Source: Candidatus Latescibacterota bacterium (GTDB lineage Bacteria; Latescibacterota; UBA2968; GCA-2709665). From it: a DNA stretch of 64,000 nt. A program made the translations under genes and the position numbers. The stretch is taken from assembly GCA_965226795.1 (NCBI GenBank), contig CBDDDZ010000005.1, positions 2,976,001-3,040,000 on the forward strand. Reading direction: 5' to 3'. The notes under the pieces are model-generated. The model saw only the letters and a program-made list of their open reading frames with translations, made no database searches and was not told where the DNA came from. This document shows positions 23,627-33,953 of this stretch, piece after piece (position 1 is the stretch's first letter; the number at the start of each line of letters is the position of its first letter).

Positions 23627-25057
23627 ATGAATCTGATTGTACTGTGCAGCGACACCTTTAGAGTGGATCATCTGAGTTGTTACCGGGAGGACTCGCCGGT
23701 CCGTACGCCCAATATCGACCGCCTGGCGGCCGAGGGCGTGCGGTTCGACTCGGCGTTCGGGGAAGGCACCCCGACGCTGCCCGCGCGCCGGGTACTCTAT
23801 ACCGGGCGGCCGATTTTCCCCTTTCTGTGGGCGCCCCAGAAGTGGGACCGCGTGCAGCTTCCCGGATGGCATCCGCTGTTCTACGAGGACGTGACGCTGG
23901 CGGAGTGGCTGGTCGAACGCGGGTATATCACAGGGCTGATCAGCGATTTGCCGCACCAGTTCAAACCCGGCAAGAATTTCCACCGGGGGTTCATGCAGTT
24001 CAACTGGGAACGCGGACAGGAAATGGACTACCTGGTGGCGGGGCCCAGAAACGCCGTGCCCGTTGAAAGGTTCGATCCCACCGGACGGGCCACTCCGGTG
24101 TTGACGCAGTTTCTGATGAACAGCCGGGATTGGAAAGACGAGACCGATTGGTGCAGCGTGCGCGTGCTTCGTAAGGGCATCGATTTCTTGAGAGAGAATG
24201 CCGGCCAGCAGCCGTTCATGCTCTGGCTGGAGTGTTTCTTTCCGCACGAACCGTGGTTCGCGCCACCCGAACTGGTGGAACAGCATTACGAGGGGGACGA
24301 CCACGACGGCGTGGAGTGGATATTTCCTCCGGCCAACACCGAGGGGATGAGCGAGAACCAGGTGCATCGGGTACGGGCGCACTACCGTGGCCTGTGTAAC
24401 CTGATCGACCGGTGGTTCGGCCGGCTGATGGAGACCGCGGAGGATCTCGGGCTACTGGAAAACTCAATTGTAGTTTTCCTCTCCGACCATGGCACGATGA
24501 TGGGAGAACAGGGACAACTCCATAAGGGTCCCGACCGGCTCCGCCGGCAATGCACCCAGGTGCCCCTGATCATCCGGCATCCGAACGTGGACGCCTTCGG
24601 CGGAAGGGTTGTGGAAGCGTTCGTACAACACCAGGATCTCATGCCGACACTCCTGAGGCTGATGGAAATCGATGCGCCGGACCGTTGTCTGGGGGAGGAT
24701 CTCTGGTCGCACGTCGGGGGAGAGAGGGACGGCGGGCGAGACCACGTGATAACCGCATTCGGAAACTACGCCAGCGTACGCAGCAGAACCTGGAATTATC
24801 AGACACCGTGGGTGAAAGACAATCCAGCGCCTGTGGACGCCAACCGGCCGGGGTTGTCGCCGCCGGAGTTGTACGATCTGAACACGGATCCCGAGGAGTT
24901 GAACAACGTGGTGAAAGACCATCCCGACGTGGCGTCGGCATATCACGACCTGCTGATGGCGCATATCGAGAAGAACAGACCGGTGACAGGAGGTTCGCTG
25001 GAAGTGGGCGACGCGGCGTTGTCCCACGTACCGCTATTCGATCAGTCACGGTTGTAG
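23627..25057 (+). CDS. Sulfatase-like hydrolase
   Basis: SDTFRVDHL, TPNIDRLA, TLPARRVLYTGR, PHEPW, SDHG, ELYDL..DPEE. Confidence 0.88.
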   Translation: MNLIVLCSDTFRVDHLSCYREDSPVRTPNIDRLAAEGVRFDSAFGEGTPTLPARRVLYTGRPIFPFLWAPQKWDRVQLPGWHPLFYEDVTLAEWLVERGYITGLISDLPHQFKPGKNFHRGFMQFNWERGQEMDYLVAGPRNAVPVERFDPTGRATPVLTQFLMNSRDWKDETDWCSVRVLRKGIDFLRENAGQQPFMLWLECFFPHEPWFAPPELVEQHYEGDDHDGVEWIFPPANTEGMSENQVHRVRAHYRGLCNLIDRWFGRLMETAEDLGLLENSIVVFLSDHGTMMGEQGQLHKGPDRLRRQCTQVPLIIRHPNVDAFGGRVVEAFVQHQDLMPTLLRLMEIDAPDRCLGEDLWSHVGGERDGGRDHVITAFGNYASVRSRTWNYQTPWVKDNPAPVDANRPGLSPPELYDLNTDPEELNNVVKDHPDVASAYHDLLMAHIEKNRPVTGGSLEVGDAALSHVPLFDQSRL

Positions 25058-25136
25058 TCGAAATGCCGGGTTGCGGGCAACTCCAAAAAGAAGCCCGATT
25101 ACCCGCCGCTCGATAAACACTCCAAGGAGGTTTGAG

Positions 25137-26231
25137 ATGGCCGATAAACTGGGGGTTCTGGTTCATGGCGCGGGCTGGGTTTCCACGCAGCACATCATGG
25201 CCTTTACCGGGAATCCGCATACCGAGGTGGTGGCGGTATCCAGCCGGAAACTGTCAAGCGCGCGGACGCGTGCCGAAGAGGCCGGTCTGGAGAACATCGG
25301 GCTGTACGACAACTATCAACAGGCCCTGGCCCACGACGGGGTGGACATCGTGTGCGTATGCACCCCGCAGCGCTTTCACGCCACGAATACCATCGCCGCG
25401 GCGGAGGCCGGGAAACACATCGTCATCGAGAAGCCGATAGCCAACAGTCCGGACGAGATGAGGGCGATGCGCGAGGCCGTGCACAAGGCAGGAGTGCGGA
25501 CGGTGGTGAGTTTCGTACTGCGCTGGAATCCGCTGTTCGAAACGGTCAAGGCGATGGTTGCCGACGATGCCCTGGGAGACGTCTTCTACGTGGAGGCGGA
25601 CTACCAGCACGATATCGCAAGCTGGTGGACGGGCTGGGACGAGGCCAGGAAAATAAGCACGGGCGTAAGCGCCTTCCTGACCGGAGGCTGCCACGCGATC
25701 GACTCGCTGCGCTGGTTCGCCGCCCGGGGCCAGTTCGAGGCGGCCGAACCCGTGGAGGTCTTCGCCTATTCGGGCGGTTATCGGAAGGGACTCAAGAAGG
25801 AGTTCGACTACCTGGCCAACAAGTGGGTCGACGGCCTGCCCCTGGAATACGACGACCTGGAAGTTGCCCTGGTGAAGTTCTCCAACGGCGCCGTCGGAAA
25901 GGTCTCGGTGAACTACGGATGCGTTATGCCATATACATTTCCCGTGGAGATTTTCGGCAGCAAGGGGACGGTAAAGGACAACAAGGTCTGGTCTCACAAG
26001 TATCCGGGACAGAACGACTGGGTGGAAATCCCCGCCATTCTGCCGGATAGCGCGGATGTGTCCCACCACCCGTTCCAGGGACAGATGGATCATTTCGTGG
26101 CATGCATACAGTCAGACACCGAATCGCACTGTAACCTGGACGACGCGATTGTAACGCATGAGGTTGCGTTTGCGGCACTGCAGTGTTACGAGACCGGACA
26201 GCCGGTGAAACTCCCGCTGATGCAAGACTGA
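25137..26231 (+). CDS. Gfo/Idh/MocA family oxidoreductase
   Basis: GAGWVS, AGKHIVIEKP, GCHAID; AAGGAGG RBS. Confidence 0.9.
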   Translation: MADKLGVLVHGAGWVSTQHIMAFTGNPHTEVVAVSSRKLSSARTRAEEAGLENIGLYDNYQQALAHDGVDIVCVCTPQRFHATNTIAAAEAGKHIVIEKPIANSPDEMRAMREAVHKAGVRTVVSFVLRWNPLFETVKAMVADDALGDVFYVEADYQHDIASWWTGWDEARKISTGVSAFLTGGCHAIDSLRWFAARGQFEAAEPVEVFAYSGGYRKGLKKEFDYLANKWVDGLPLEYDDLEVALVKFSNGAVGKVSVNYGCVMPYTFPVEIFGSKGTVKDNKVWSHKYPGQNDWVEIPAILPDSADVSHHPFQGQMDHFVACIQSDTESHCNLDDAIVTHEVAFAALQCYETGQPVKLPLMQD

Positions 26232-26312
26232 TTCCGAAACGGACAAAGCAATCCGGCGACGTCCGGTTCGGTACCGCCGGTTTTCCTCCGCGTCGGAAAG
26301 GGATCATACACA

Positions 26313-27728
26313 ATGCAAAAACGCAATCTGTTGTTTTTCGGGGTGGACAGCCTGTGGGCCGCCCACATGAGTTGTTACGGGTACGAACGGCTGACAACCC
26401 CCTACGCGGATAGGCTGGCCGCGCAGGGGGTGTTGTTCGAGAAAAATTACAGCCCGCATATTCCAACCACGTCGGCCTATGCGTCGATGCTGACGGGCCT
26501 GGATTGTTTTTCAACCCAGGTCGTGGCGCTACGCCACCAGGGCGGCTTGAGGCCGGAGGTGGCCAGTCTGCCCGAGATTCTGCGGGACGCGGGCTACGAT
26601 ACCACCTGTGTCGGTTTCACGGGCAACCCCAGTTCTCGGGGGTTCGACAGATACCTGAACTACGAGGCGTGGGGGTCCTGGGACCAGCGGCCCCTGCGCA
26701 AAGCCGAGTGGCTGAACGACGTTGCGATTCCGGAACTGGAGCGCCTTGCGGCGGCTGACGAGCCCTTCTTCCTGTTCCTGCGTCATATGGATCCCCACGC
26801 GCCGTACCTGCCGCCGTCGCCGTACGATACGATGTTCTACAGCCGCGACCCGTGCGACCCGACCAGGACCTCGATGGAGCCGGTGAAAAATTTCAAACCG
26901 TTTCGGGACTTTCATCTCAGCTGGATGCCGCCAGGCATCACCGACGCGGACTATGTAATCGCACAGTACGACGGCGAAGTCGCGTATATGGATGCCTGCA
27001 TCCAGCGCATCCTCACGCGCCTGGAGGAATTGGGCCTGGCCGAAGATACACTGGTCGTATTCAACGGAGACCACGGAGAGACGCTGGCCGATCACGATTG
27101 TTATTTCGATCATCACGGGATGTACGATTGCATCCTGCATGTGCCGCTGATTCTACGCCTGCCCGGCGTGTTGCCTGAAGGGCTGCGGGTTCCGGGATAT
27201 ACCAGCCACCCCGATCTCGTGCCGACCCTATTGGAGTTTCTAGGGATGGAATCAAAGATCGCGTTTGACGGAAGGAGCATGTTGCCGCTGATTCAGGGAA
27301 CGCGGGCATCGAACCGGTCCGAATTCTACATTACGGAGGCCACCTGGATGCGCAAGCACGGGTGGCGCACCCCCGAATGGAAGTTGATTGTGGCGCTGGA
27401 GCCCGATTTCCACGGGAAGCCCGAGGTGGAACTGTACAACCTGGTGGAGGACCCGGTCGAAAACGTGAATCTTGCAGAAAGGGAACCCGGGGTGGTGCGG
27501 ATGCTGCGAAACCGCATGGACGCGTGGATTGCGAAACGAGAGGTGGAAACGGGATTAACGAATCCGATGTTCACTAATTTGCAATGGCACGGCACCCGGC
27601 ACGAAGGCCCATTTCCCAGTTCCGAAGCGGCCTACAACGCCCTCTACATCGGTTCGTCGAAAACGGCAAAGAAACTGCAGGCGCGGGATGCCGCGGAAAA
27701 CAAGAAAACAGCGGGAGGCTCGTCTTGA
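26313..27728 (+). CDS. Sulfatase-like hydrolase
   Basis: VDSL, PTTSAYASMLTG, DPHAPY, GDHGE, HVPLI, ELYNL..DP.E. Confidence 0.88.
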   Translation: MQKRNLLFFGVDSLWAAHMSCYGYERLTTPYADRLAAQGVLFEKNYSPHIPTTSAYASMLTGLDCFSTQVVALRHQGGLRPEVASLPEILRDAGYDTTCVGFTGNPSSRGFDRYLNYEAWGSWDQRPLRKAEWLNDVAIPELERLAAADEPFFLFLRHMDPHAPYLPPSPYDTMFYSRDPCDPTRTSMEPVKNFKPFRDFHLSWMPPGITDADYVIAQYDGEVAYMDACIQRILTRLEELGLAEDTLVVFNGDHGETLADHDCYFDHHGMYDCILHVPLILRLPGVLPEGLRVPGYTSHPDLVPTLLEFLGMESKIAFDGRSMLPLIQGTRASNRSEFYITEATWMRKHGWRTPEWKLIVALEPDFHGKPEVELYNLVEDPVENVNLAEREPGVVRMLRNRMDAWIAKREVETGLTNPMFTNLQWHGTRHEGPFPSSEAAYNALYIGSSKTAKKLQARDAAENKKTAGGSS

Positions 27729-27777
27729 GTCAGTCGCCGCATATCCACCGCCGTCCGCACGATGAAGGAGAACAACA

Positions 27778-28875
27778 ATGAGCGACGGATTTCCGCTCCT
27801 CGAGGTTTCGGGATCGCCCGTGAATCGCGGGCAGGCGCACGGAGAGGTGTTCCGGGAGGAGATTCGTGCGCTACTGCCGGTCTATTTCGCGTATCTGGAG
27901 CGCCTGAGCCGCGACCATCGCGTACCTGTGTTAAGCAAGACACGGGTGCTTGAAATCGCCGGGACCTATGCGAAGCCCGCGGAAGCGTACGCCGCGGACC
28001 TGGTGGATGAAGCACGGGGAATCGCGATGGGGGCAGGCGTTCCGTTCGAGGAGATCCTGGCGCTGAACGGGTTCCTCGACATTTTCGACTATCTTTCTCC
28101 GACCTTCGTGGAGGCGGGTTGTACGACGTTGATGGTACCGGATAAAGAGGACGGATCGGGGGCCGCGATCGGGCAGAATTACGACCTGCCGGAAATTTTC
28201 GTGGCTTCGGCGGCGCTGCTGAAAATCACCGCTGAGGGTCCGGACGCGCTGATGTACACAACGGCGGGGATGCTGGGGTGCGCGGGCCTGAACAGCGAAG
28301 GCATCGGCGTGGTGATCAACAACCTCGTCCCCGGAGACGCCGGCCCCGGCGTCCCGTACCCATTTGTGATCCGGCGGATCCTCTCCTCGGCACAGATCGG
28401 AGACGCAATTGACGCGGTGGTCTCCTCCCGCCGTGCATCCGGGATGAATTATGTCCTGTGCGACCGGAATGGGGAAATCTACAACCTGGAAACCACGGCA
28501 GCGGACTACGAGGCCACCTGTCCGTTCGACGGGCCGATGGCGCACTCGAATCACTATCTGGCCGACCGCCTCAAGCCGCTGGAAGGGCGGGCTTACGATC
28601 AGCGAGGACAGAGCCTTGCCCGTTGGGGCCGAGCCACGCGGCTGCTGCGGGGACCTGCCGACCCGGATGCGGCGTCGATCAGGTCGGCGCTGCGGGACCA
28701 CGTGAACAGCCCCGTCTCGATCTGCAGACACAGCGTGGCCGGATGCGGGCAGACGATATGCGGCATTGTGCTGGAACCGTCGAATGGGCGGGCCTGGTTT
28801 GCGCGCGGACCCTGCTGCGAGCACGCGTGGGTGGAGTACCATCTGTTCGAGGCCGCAGGCCGGCGAGTCGCGTGA
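27778..28875 (+). CDS. C45-family autoproteolytic acyltransferase/peptidase
   Basis: G-C-T cleavage motif (AGCTT), GQNYD, GLNSEG, HSNHY. Confidence 0.85.
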   Translation: MSDGFPLLEVSGSPVNRGQAHGEVFREEIRALLPVYFAYLERLSRDHRVPVLSKTRVLEIAGTYAKPAEAYAADLVDEARGIAMGAGVPFEEILALNGFLDIFDYLSPTFVEAGCTTLMVPDKEDGSGAAIGQNYDLPEIFVASAALLKITAEGPDALMYTTAGMLGCAGLNSEGIGVVINNLVPGDAGPGVPYPFVIRRILSSAQIGDAIDAVVSSRRASGMNYVLCDRNGEIYNLETTAADYEATCPFDGPMAHSNHYLADRLKPLEGRAYDQRGQSLARWGRATRLLRGPADPDAASIRSALRDHVNSPVSICRHSVAGCGQTICGIVLEPSNGRAWFARGPCCEHAWVEYHLFEAAGRRVA

Positions 28876-28993
28876 TGGCGTCCGGAGGGTGCCCGCCAGG
28901 ACAGCCATACCTGCGGGAACGGCGCCGCGGGGTGCAACGTACAATCATCCGGACGCCTGCTCGCCTCGGGGGCACATGGGAGAGACATTTGCC

Positions 28994-29695
28994 ATGGGAG
29001 TGAAAATCGAACGCTGGTTCAGAGCGCCCTACGGGATGCCGAATGGGGTGCAGGTAACCGACAACGGCATCTGGGTGGTGGACCAGGTAACGGATCGTGC
29101 GGCGCTGCTGGACGCGTCGGAAGCCGATGAATACGGGATGTTGCGGCTGCGCTCCGAGGTGCCCACCGAGTCATCCAACACCAGCGGGCTGGCCTGGGGC
29201 GACGGATCGCTCTGGCTGGCGGCCAACGGTCCGGCGGAGAAATGGCGCGTGCCACGGAAAACGGACGCGCCGTCGGGTGAAATCTTGCGTGTGGATCCCG
29301 AAACCGGGAAAACCCAGGGGCGATGGCCGTTGCCTGGCGGTGGCGGAACGCACGGGCTGGAATACGATTCGTACGAACCTGGAACGCTGTGGCTGACCAC
29401 GTTGAAGGACCAGACGCTGACCCAGGTACGGATTTCAGATTGGTCCATTCAACGCGTGTTTTCCCTTCCCTATGGACGGGCGCACGGCGTTGTGCGCGTG
29501 GAGGACGGGGTGTGGGTTGTACACACGTCGGAGCGGACGATCGTGAAACTGGATCCGCACGCGGGCAATGAACTGGATCGGATTCAGGTCCCTCCTTCGG
29601 ATCCGGAACCCCACGGGCTTTCCGGTTTCGAACGTGGATTCCTCTACTGCGACGCAACTTCGGGATGGGTGACGAAGATCATCTCGGACGTCTAG
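28994..29695 (+). CDS. Beta-propeller-type hypothetical protein
   Basis: Repeated PNG/TSGLAWGDGSLW/THGLEY/PHGL strand motifs. Confidence 0.65.
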   Translation: MGVKIERWFRAPYGMPNGVQVTDNGIWVVDQVTDRAALLDASEADEYGMLRLRSEVPTESSNTSGLAWGDGSLWLAANGPAEKWRVPRKTDAPSGEILRVDPETGKTQGRWPLPGGGGTHGLEYDSYEPGTLWLTTLKDQTLTQVRISDWSIQRVFSLPYGRAHGVVRVEDGVWVVHTSERTIVKLDPHAGNELDRIQVPPSDPEPHGLSGFERGFLYCDATSGWVTKIISDV

Positions 29696-29735
29696 CGGAT
29701 TTTTCCGAAGTCCACAAACGACACGGGCGGAATGG

Positions 29736-32552
29736 ATGAAACGAAAGGTGCTTTCCACAACGGGTTCAACGCGGGGAACCGCGTACACGATGAGCAACAA
29801 GATCCTGACCCACGCGGGAAAGACCCACGTTGCGTGGCTTGATCAGATCTGCAAGATCTATGTGCGCACCTACCATCACCGGTCCAGGCGCTGGGGCAGG
29901 CCGGTCTACGTCGGAACCGGGGACGACAACCACGCCGGGGCGGCGTTTGCGATGGATTCCCGGGGATACCTGCATCTGGTATTCGGGCCTCATCACAATC
30001 CCGTCCGGCATATGGTTAGCAGACGCCCCAATACCGCAACCTCGTGGGTGGAACAGCCTTCCTTCGGGGGGGAAACGGCCACCTATCCGAGCCTGGTGTG
30101 TGACGGTGACGATACGTTGCACGCATGTTATCGGGGGTCGTACGCCGCTGAGCGGCCATGGTCGCTGGTTTATCAGAAAAAGGCAAAAGGCGGCGAATGG
30201 TCGGACCCGGTCAAGCTCGTCGACCCCGAAGGACCGCCTGCGTATACGCAATTCGAAAACGCGATTCACATCGACAAGAGCGGAACGCTGGTTCTGGCCT
30301 TTCATATCGTACGGGCTACCGAAGCGGATTACGGCGAAACAAGAGGCAGGGGCTTCGGCGTGATGCGTTCCCGCGACGGAGGCGAGAATTGGGAAACCAT
30401 GGACGGGAATGCGTTGTCCCTGCCCGCAACGCCGGCCTCCCCGTGCGTGATCGAGTTCGACGAAGGCCTGGATGTCCGCATGGGCAACGTGGTATCCAAA
30501 AGCCGGGGAGCACCCTGCTTTACGCTGAATCGCCGAGAGGGCGGCGCGGCGGAAACGTATTTTTACACCTGGGAAAAAAAAGGCTGGAGGATCGTTTCGC
30601 TGATGCCCGAGGCAGAGCGGCTCTATGGCCCGTGCGAAATGTCGGACGTGTGCGCGCTCAGCATCGCGGACGACGGGGTGATCTATGCGGCCGGCGCGGT
30701 CTGTCAACGTGGCGGCGGCTGGGCGGATTCCAGTAACGAGATCGCGCTGTTTACGTCGCGCGACGGCGGGGAGACATTTTCCGGCTACAGATTATCGTCA
30801 AACGAGCCGGACGTATCCAACTGGCTGCCCGCCCTCGAACGGCAGACCGGGCACAACCGGGTTGACGTTCCGCGTCTTGTCTATACCCATGGACACGTTG
30901 GCGAGGGGTGCAGCCCGGATATCGATACGGAGATTCGACACGTATCGCTTGTCGATATCGCGGACGCGGAAGCCAGTGTCGTAGACGCCAGGATCGAGGG
31001 GTCGGAACGGCTGAGCGGAATCCGCTTTACCGAAGAGCAGCGCGGGAAAATGCGGCGGGACGTCGAGCAATATCGACTCCGGTACCGGGAACTTCGCGAG
31101 GTCGACGTGGGCTACGACGTGGGCCCGGCGTCGATATTCCTGCCCGGCGTAAAACCGCCCCCATCCGGAGAACAGCGGCCGTTCCGGTTCACTGCGTCCG
31201 AGGTCGAACGGCCCCCATCCGCGGACGATCTGGCTTTCCTCCCGGTGAGCGCGCTTGCCCGCCTGTTGGAAACCCGGGACGTATCGCCCGTGGAACTGAC
31301 CCGGCTCTACCTGGACCGGCTGGAAGCCTTCGGCGAGAAATTGCATTGCGTGGTTTCGCTCACGGAAGAATTGGCCTTGGCGCAGGCGAAGGCCGCGGAG
31401 GCGGAGATCATGGCCGGGAATTACCGGGGGCCGCTGCACGGAGTCCCCTGGGGCGCCAAGGACCTGCTGGCTACAAAGGGAATCCGGACCACGTGGGGCG
31501 CCACCCCCTTCAGGCAACAGACCGGCGAAACCGATGCGGCCGTTGTGGAACGGCTTCGGGACGCGGGCGCGGTCCTGGTGGCCAAGCTCTCAACCGGGGC
31601 GCTTGCAGCGGGGGCGCACTGGTTCGGAGGAATGACGCGGAATCCGTGGGATATCGAGACGCAGTCCAGCGGATCTTCGGCCGGCCCCGGCGCCGCGACC
31701 GCCGCCGGCCTCGTTGGGTTCAGCATCGGCTCGGAGACGCAGGGATCCATCGTTTCACCGAGCCATACCTGCGGGGTGACGGGGTTGCGGCCGACATATG
31801 GCCGCGTGAGCCGATACGGCGCGATGGCGCTCGCCTGGACCATGGACAAACTGGGTCCGATGTGCCGCGGCGTTGAAGATTGCGCGGCCGTGTTCAGCGC
31901 CATCCACGGGCCGGACGGGAGAGACCGTTCCGTGGTGGACACGCCGTTCAACTGGCCCGCGGCCCCGGATGTGAAGGCATTGCGAGTCGGCTTTATCCGA
32001 CCGGAATTCGATGCGCTGCACGACGCCCGGGAGCGGGAGGTCTACGACGCCGCGTTTCGGAAGTTTGAGGAACTTGGACTGCACGTTGAGCCGTTGACGC
32101 TTCCGGAGTGTCCCCACGGCGCGGTTTCGATGATGCTCTGCGTGGAAGCGGCGGCCGCGTTCGACAGCCCGACGCGGGCGGCCGCACTGGATTCGATGAC
32201 CGAAGCGGACGGCAGTTCCTGGCCGACGGTTTTCCGCAGCTTCCGGATGGTACCCGCCGTGGAATATCTACGCGCGCAACAGGTGCGTTCCCTGATGATT
32301 CGCGATCTCGAGGAATTGATGGGGAATTGGGACGTGCTGCTGGCGCCGGGCAAAGCCGGCGCCAGTCTGACCATTACCAATCTGACGGGCCATCCGGCGC
32401 TGACATTGAAGTGCGGATTCGTAGACGGGATGCCCAGGGGACTGACGCTGATCGGAAACCTCTACGACGAAGCGACCCTGCTGAGTGTAGGCCGGGCGTA
32501 CGAGCAGGCCTCGGATTGGCACAATCAGCATCCGAATATGGGGGAACGTTAG
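29736..32552 (+). CDS. BNR-repeat (BNR-4-like) domain fused to amidase-signature enzyme
   Basis: N-half DDNH..D..GYLH, SRDGGE Asp-boxes; C-half GPLHGVPWGAKD, SSGSSAG, IGSETQGSI.SP. Confidence 0.85.
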   Translation: MKRKVLSTTGSTRGTAYTMSNKILTHAGKTHVAWLDQICKIYVRTYHHRSRRWGRPVYVGTGDDNHAGAAFAMDSRGYLHLVFGPHHNPVRHMVSRRPNTATSWVEQPSFGGETATYPSLVCDGDDTLHACYRGSYAAERPWSLVYQKKAKGGEWSDPVKLVDPEGPPAYTQFENAIHIDKSGTLVLAFHIVRATEADYGETRGRGFGVMRSRDGGENWETMDGNALSLPATPASPCVIEFDEGLDVRMGNVVSKSRGAPCFTLNRREGGAAETYFYTWEKKGWRIVSLMPEAERLYGPCEMSDVCALSIADDGVIYAAGAVCQRGGGWADSSNEIALFTSRDGGETFSGYRLSSNEPDVSNWLPALERQTGHNRVDVPRLVYTHGHVGEGCSPDIDTEIRHVSLVDIADAEASVVDARIEGSERLSGIRFTEEQRGKMRRDVEQYRLRYRELREVDVGYDVGPASIFLPGVKPPPSGEQRPFRFTASEVERPPSADDLAFLPVSALARLLETRDVSPVELTRLYLDRLEAFGEKLHCVVSLTEELALAQAKAAEAEIMAGNYRGPLHGVPWGAKDLLATKGIRTTWGATPFRQQTGETDAAVVERLRDAGAVLVAKLSTGALAAGAHWFGGMTRNPWDIETQSSGSSAGPGAATAAGLVGFSIGSETQGSIVSPSHTCGVTGLRPTYGRVSRYGAMALAWTMDKLGPMCRGVEDCAAVFSAIHGPDGRDRSVVDTPFNWPAAPDVKALRVGFIRPEFDALHDAREREVYDAAFRKFEELGLHVEPLTLPECPHGAVSMMLCVEAAAAFDSPTRAAALDSMTEADGSSWPTVFRSFRMVPAVEYLRAQQVRSLMIRDLEELMGNWDVLLAPGKAGASLTITNLTGHPALTLKCGFVDGMPRGLTLIGNLYDEATLLSVGRAYEQASDWHNQHPNMGER

Positions 32553-32711
32553 CGGTTTCGGTTCGGCCCGATCGGGAAGTGTCGGCCCGGGCTTCAACAT
32601 ACAGGCGCACTGCGAAAGGACCCGTGACCCGGCGGATACCTCTGTTTTTTCGTTGGACGCGTCGTTCGACATGTCTTGTACCGACATCATCAACTTATGG
32701 AGGTCTGCAAT

Positions 32712-33791
32712 ATGGAAGAGGAATTCAGAAGCATGCCGTGCCGGCGAGTCGGAAACTCCGGTCTGTTTGTGTCCGTTGTCGGGCTGGGAATGTGGAAATG
32801 GGGCGATCCGGTATACGACGGATCCCGCATTGGGGATCACGAGGCGTTCGAGGTCCTGGACCGGGCCCTGGAACTGGGGGTCTTTCACTGGGACACGGCA
32901 TGTTCCTACAACCTGGGATCGGGAAATTCAGAACGCCTGCTGGGGCGTTATTTCGCCGCTCGTCCGCGGTCGGTCAGAGAGCAGGTCGTCATGGCCACCA
33001 AGATTCACAACCCGGTGCGCGCGGAGCACGCCATGCAGGCCGACTTCACGCCGAATCAACTCGGCGCCTCCAGGACGTATATTCATTTTGGCGTGGATAA
33101 ATGTCTGGAGCGGCTGCAGACGGACTATATCGACCTGCTCTATCTCCACCAGAGCGGCACGGACGGCGAGGGGAACTACCGGGTTCCGATCGACGAGACC
33201 TGGGGCGCGTTCGACGATCTGGTTTCGGAGGGAAAGGTACGGTACCTGGCGGTATCCAATCACTCGGCGAAGCAGATGGCCAACGTGGTCGCGACGCTGA
33301 AAAAGGTGGGCAAGGACGTGTCCCGGCGGATTGTGGCCGTGCAGAACCGGTACAATCTCGTGCAACAGGATTCGCTGGCGTCCGAGGAGGGCGGCAGGGC
33401 GTCGGATTTCCTGAAAGCGGCGGCCAGGGCCGACGTGGGGGTGATTCCCTATTACCCGCTCGCGAGCGGTCTGCTCACCGGCCGGTACCGCAAGGGAAAG
33501 CTGGAGGAGGCCAGTGGACGGATCATTGACGACGGCGACGAAGCCGAGTTTCTGACCGAACCCTACCTGGAGGCCGTCGAAGGGCTGCTCTCGGTCGCGG
33601 AGTCAAAGGGCATTTCGCTGGCCCAACTCGCCATCGCCTGGCTGCTGGCCAACGAGCAGGTGCCGTCCGTGATTGCCGGCGTCACCGAAATGGGGCACCT
33701 GGAGGACAACGTGAACGCGGCCGGCGTGGAATTGACTGACGACGACATGGCGCGAATCGGTGAAATTGTGGAAGCCGCGCTCGGAGCGTGA
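32712..33791 (+). CDS. Aldo/keto reductase
   Basis: GLGMW, WDTA.SY, LERLQTDYIDLLYLH, GKVRYLAVSN, PLASGLLTG. Confidence 0.92.
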   Translation: MEEEFRSMPCRRVGNSGLFVSVVGLGMWKWGDPVYDGSRIGDHEAFEVLDRALELGVFHWDTACSYNLGSGNSERLLGRYFAARPRSVREQVVMATKIHNPVRAEHAMQADFTPNQLGASRTYIHFGVDKCLERLQTDYIDLLYLHQSGTDGEGNYRVPIDETWGAFDDLVSEGKVRYLAVSNHSAKQMANVVATLKKVGKDVSRRIVAVQNRYNLVQQDSLASEEGGRASDFLKAAARADVGVIPYYPLASGLLTGRYRKGKLEEASGRIIDDGDEAEFLTEPYLEAVEGLLSVAESKGISLAQLAIAWLLANEQVPSVIAGVTEMGHLEDNVNAAGVELTDDDMARIGEIVEAALGA

Positions 33792-33953
33792 CCGGACATA
33801 CCGTCCGAAACGGCCGGACTTCCGCGCCTGTTCTCCTACGACCCTGGCGCGGAAGACGCACCGCGTAATTCTTGCTGGCCCTGACGCACGGACAGAGACG
33901 CGATGGCGCATTCTATCTTCCTATTGATATGTTTCGGTTAAGGCCGGCCCGTC

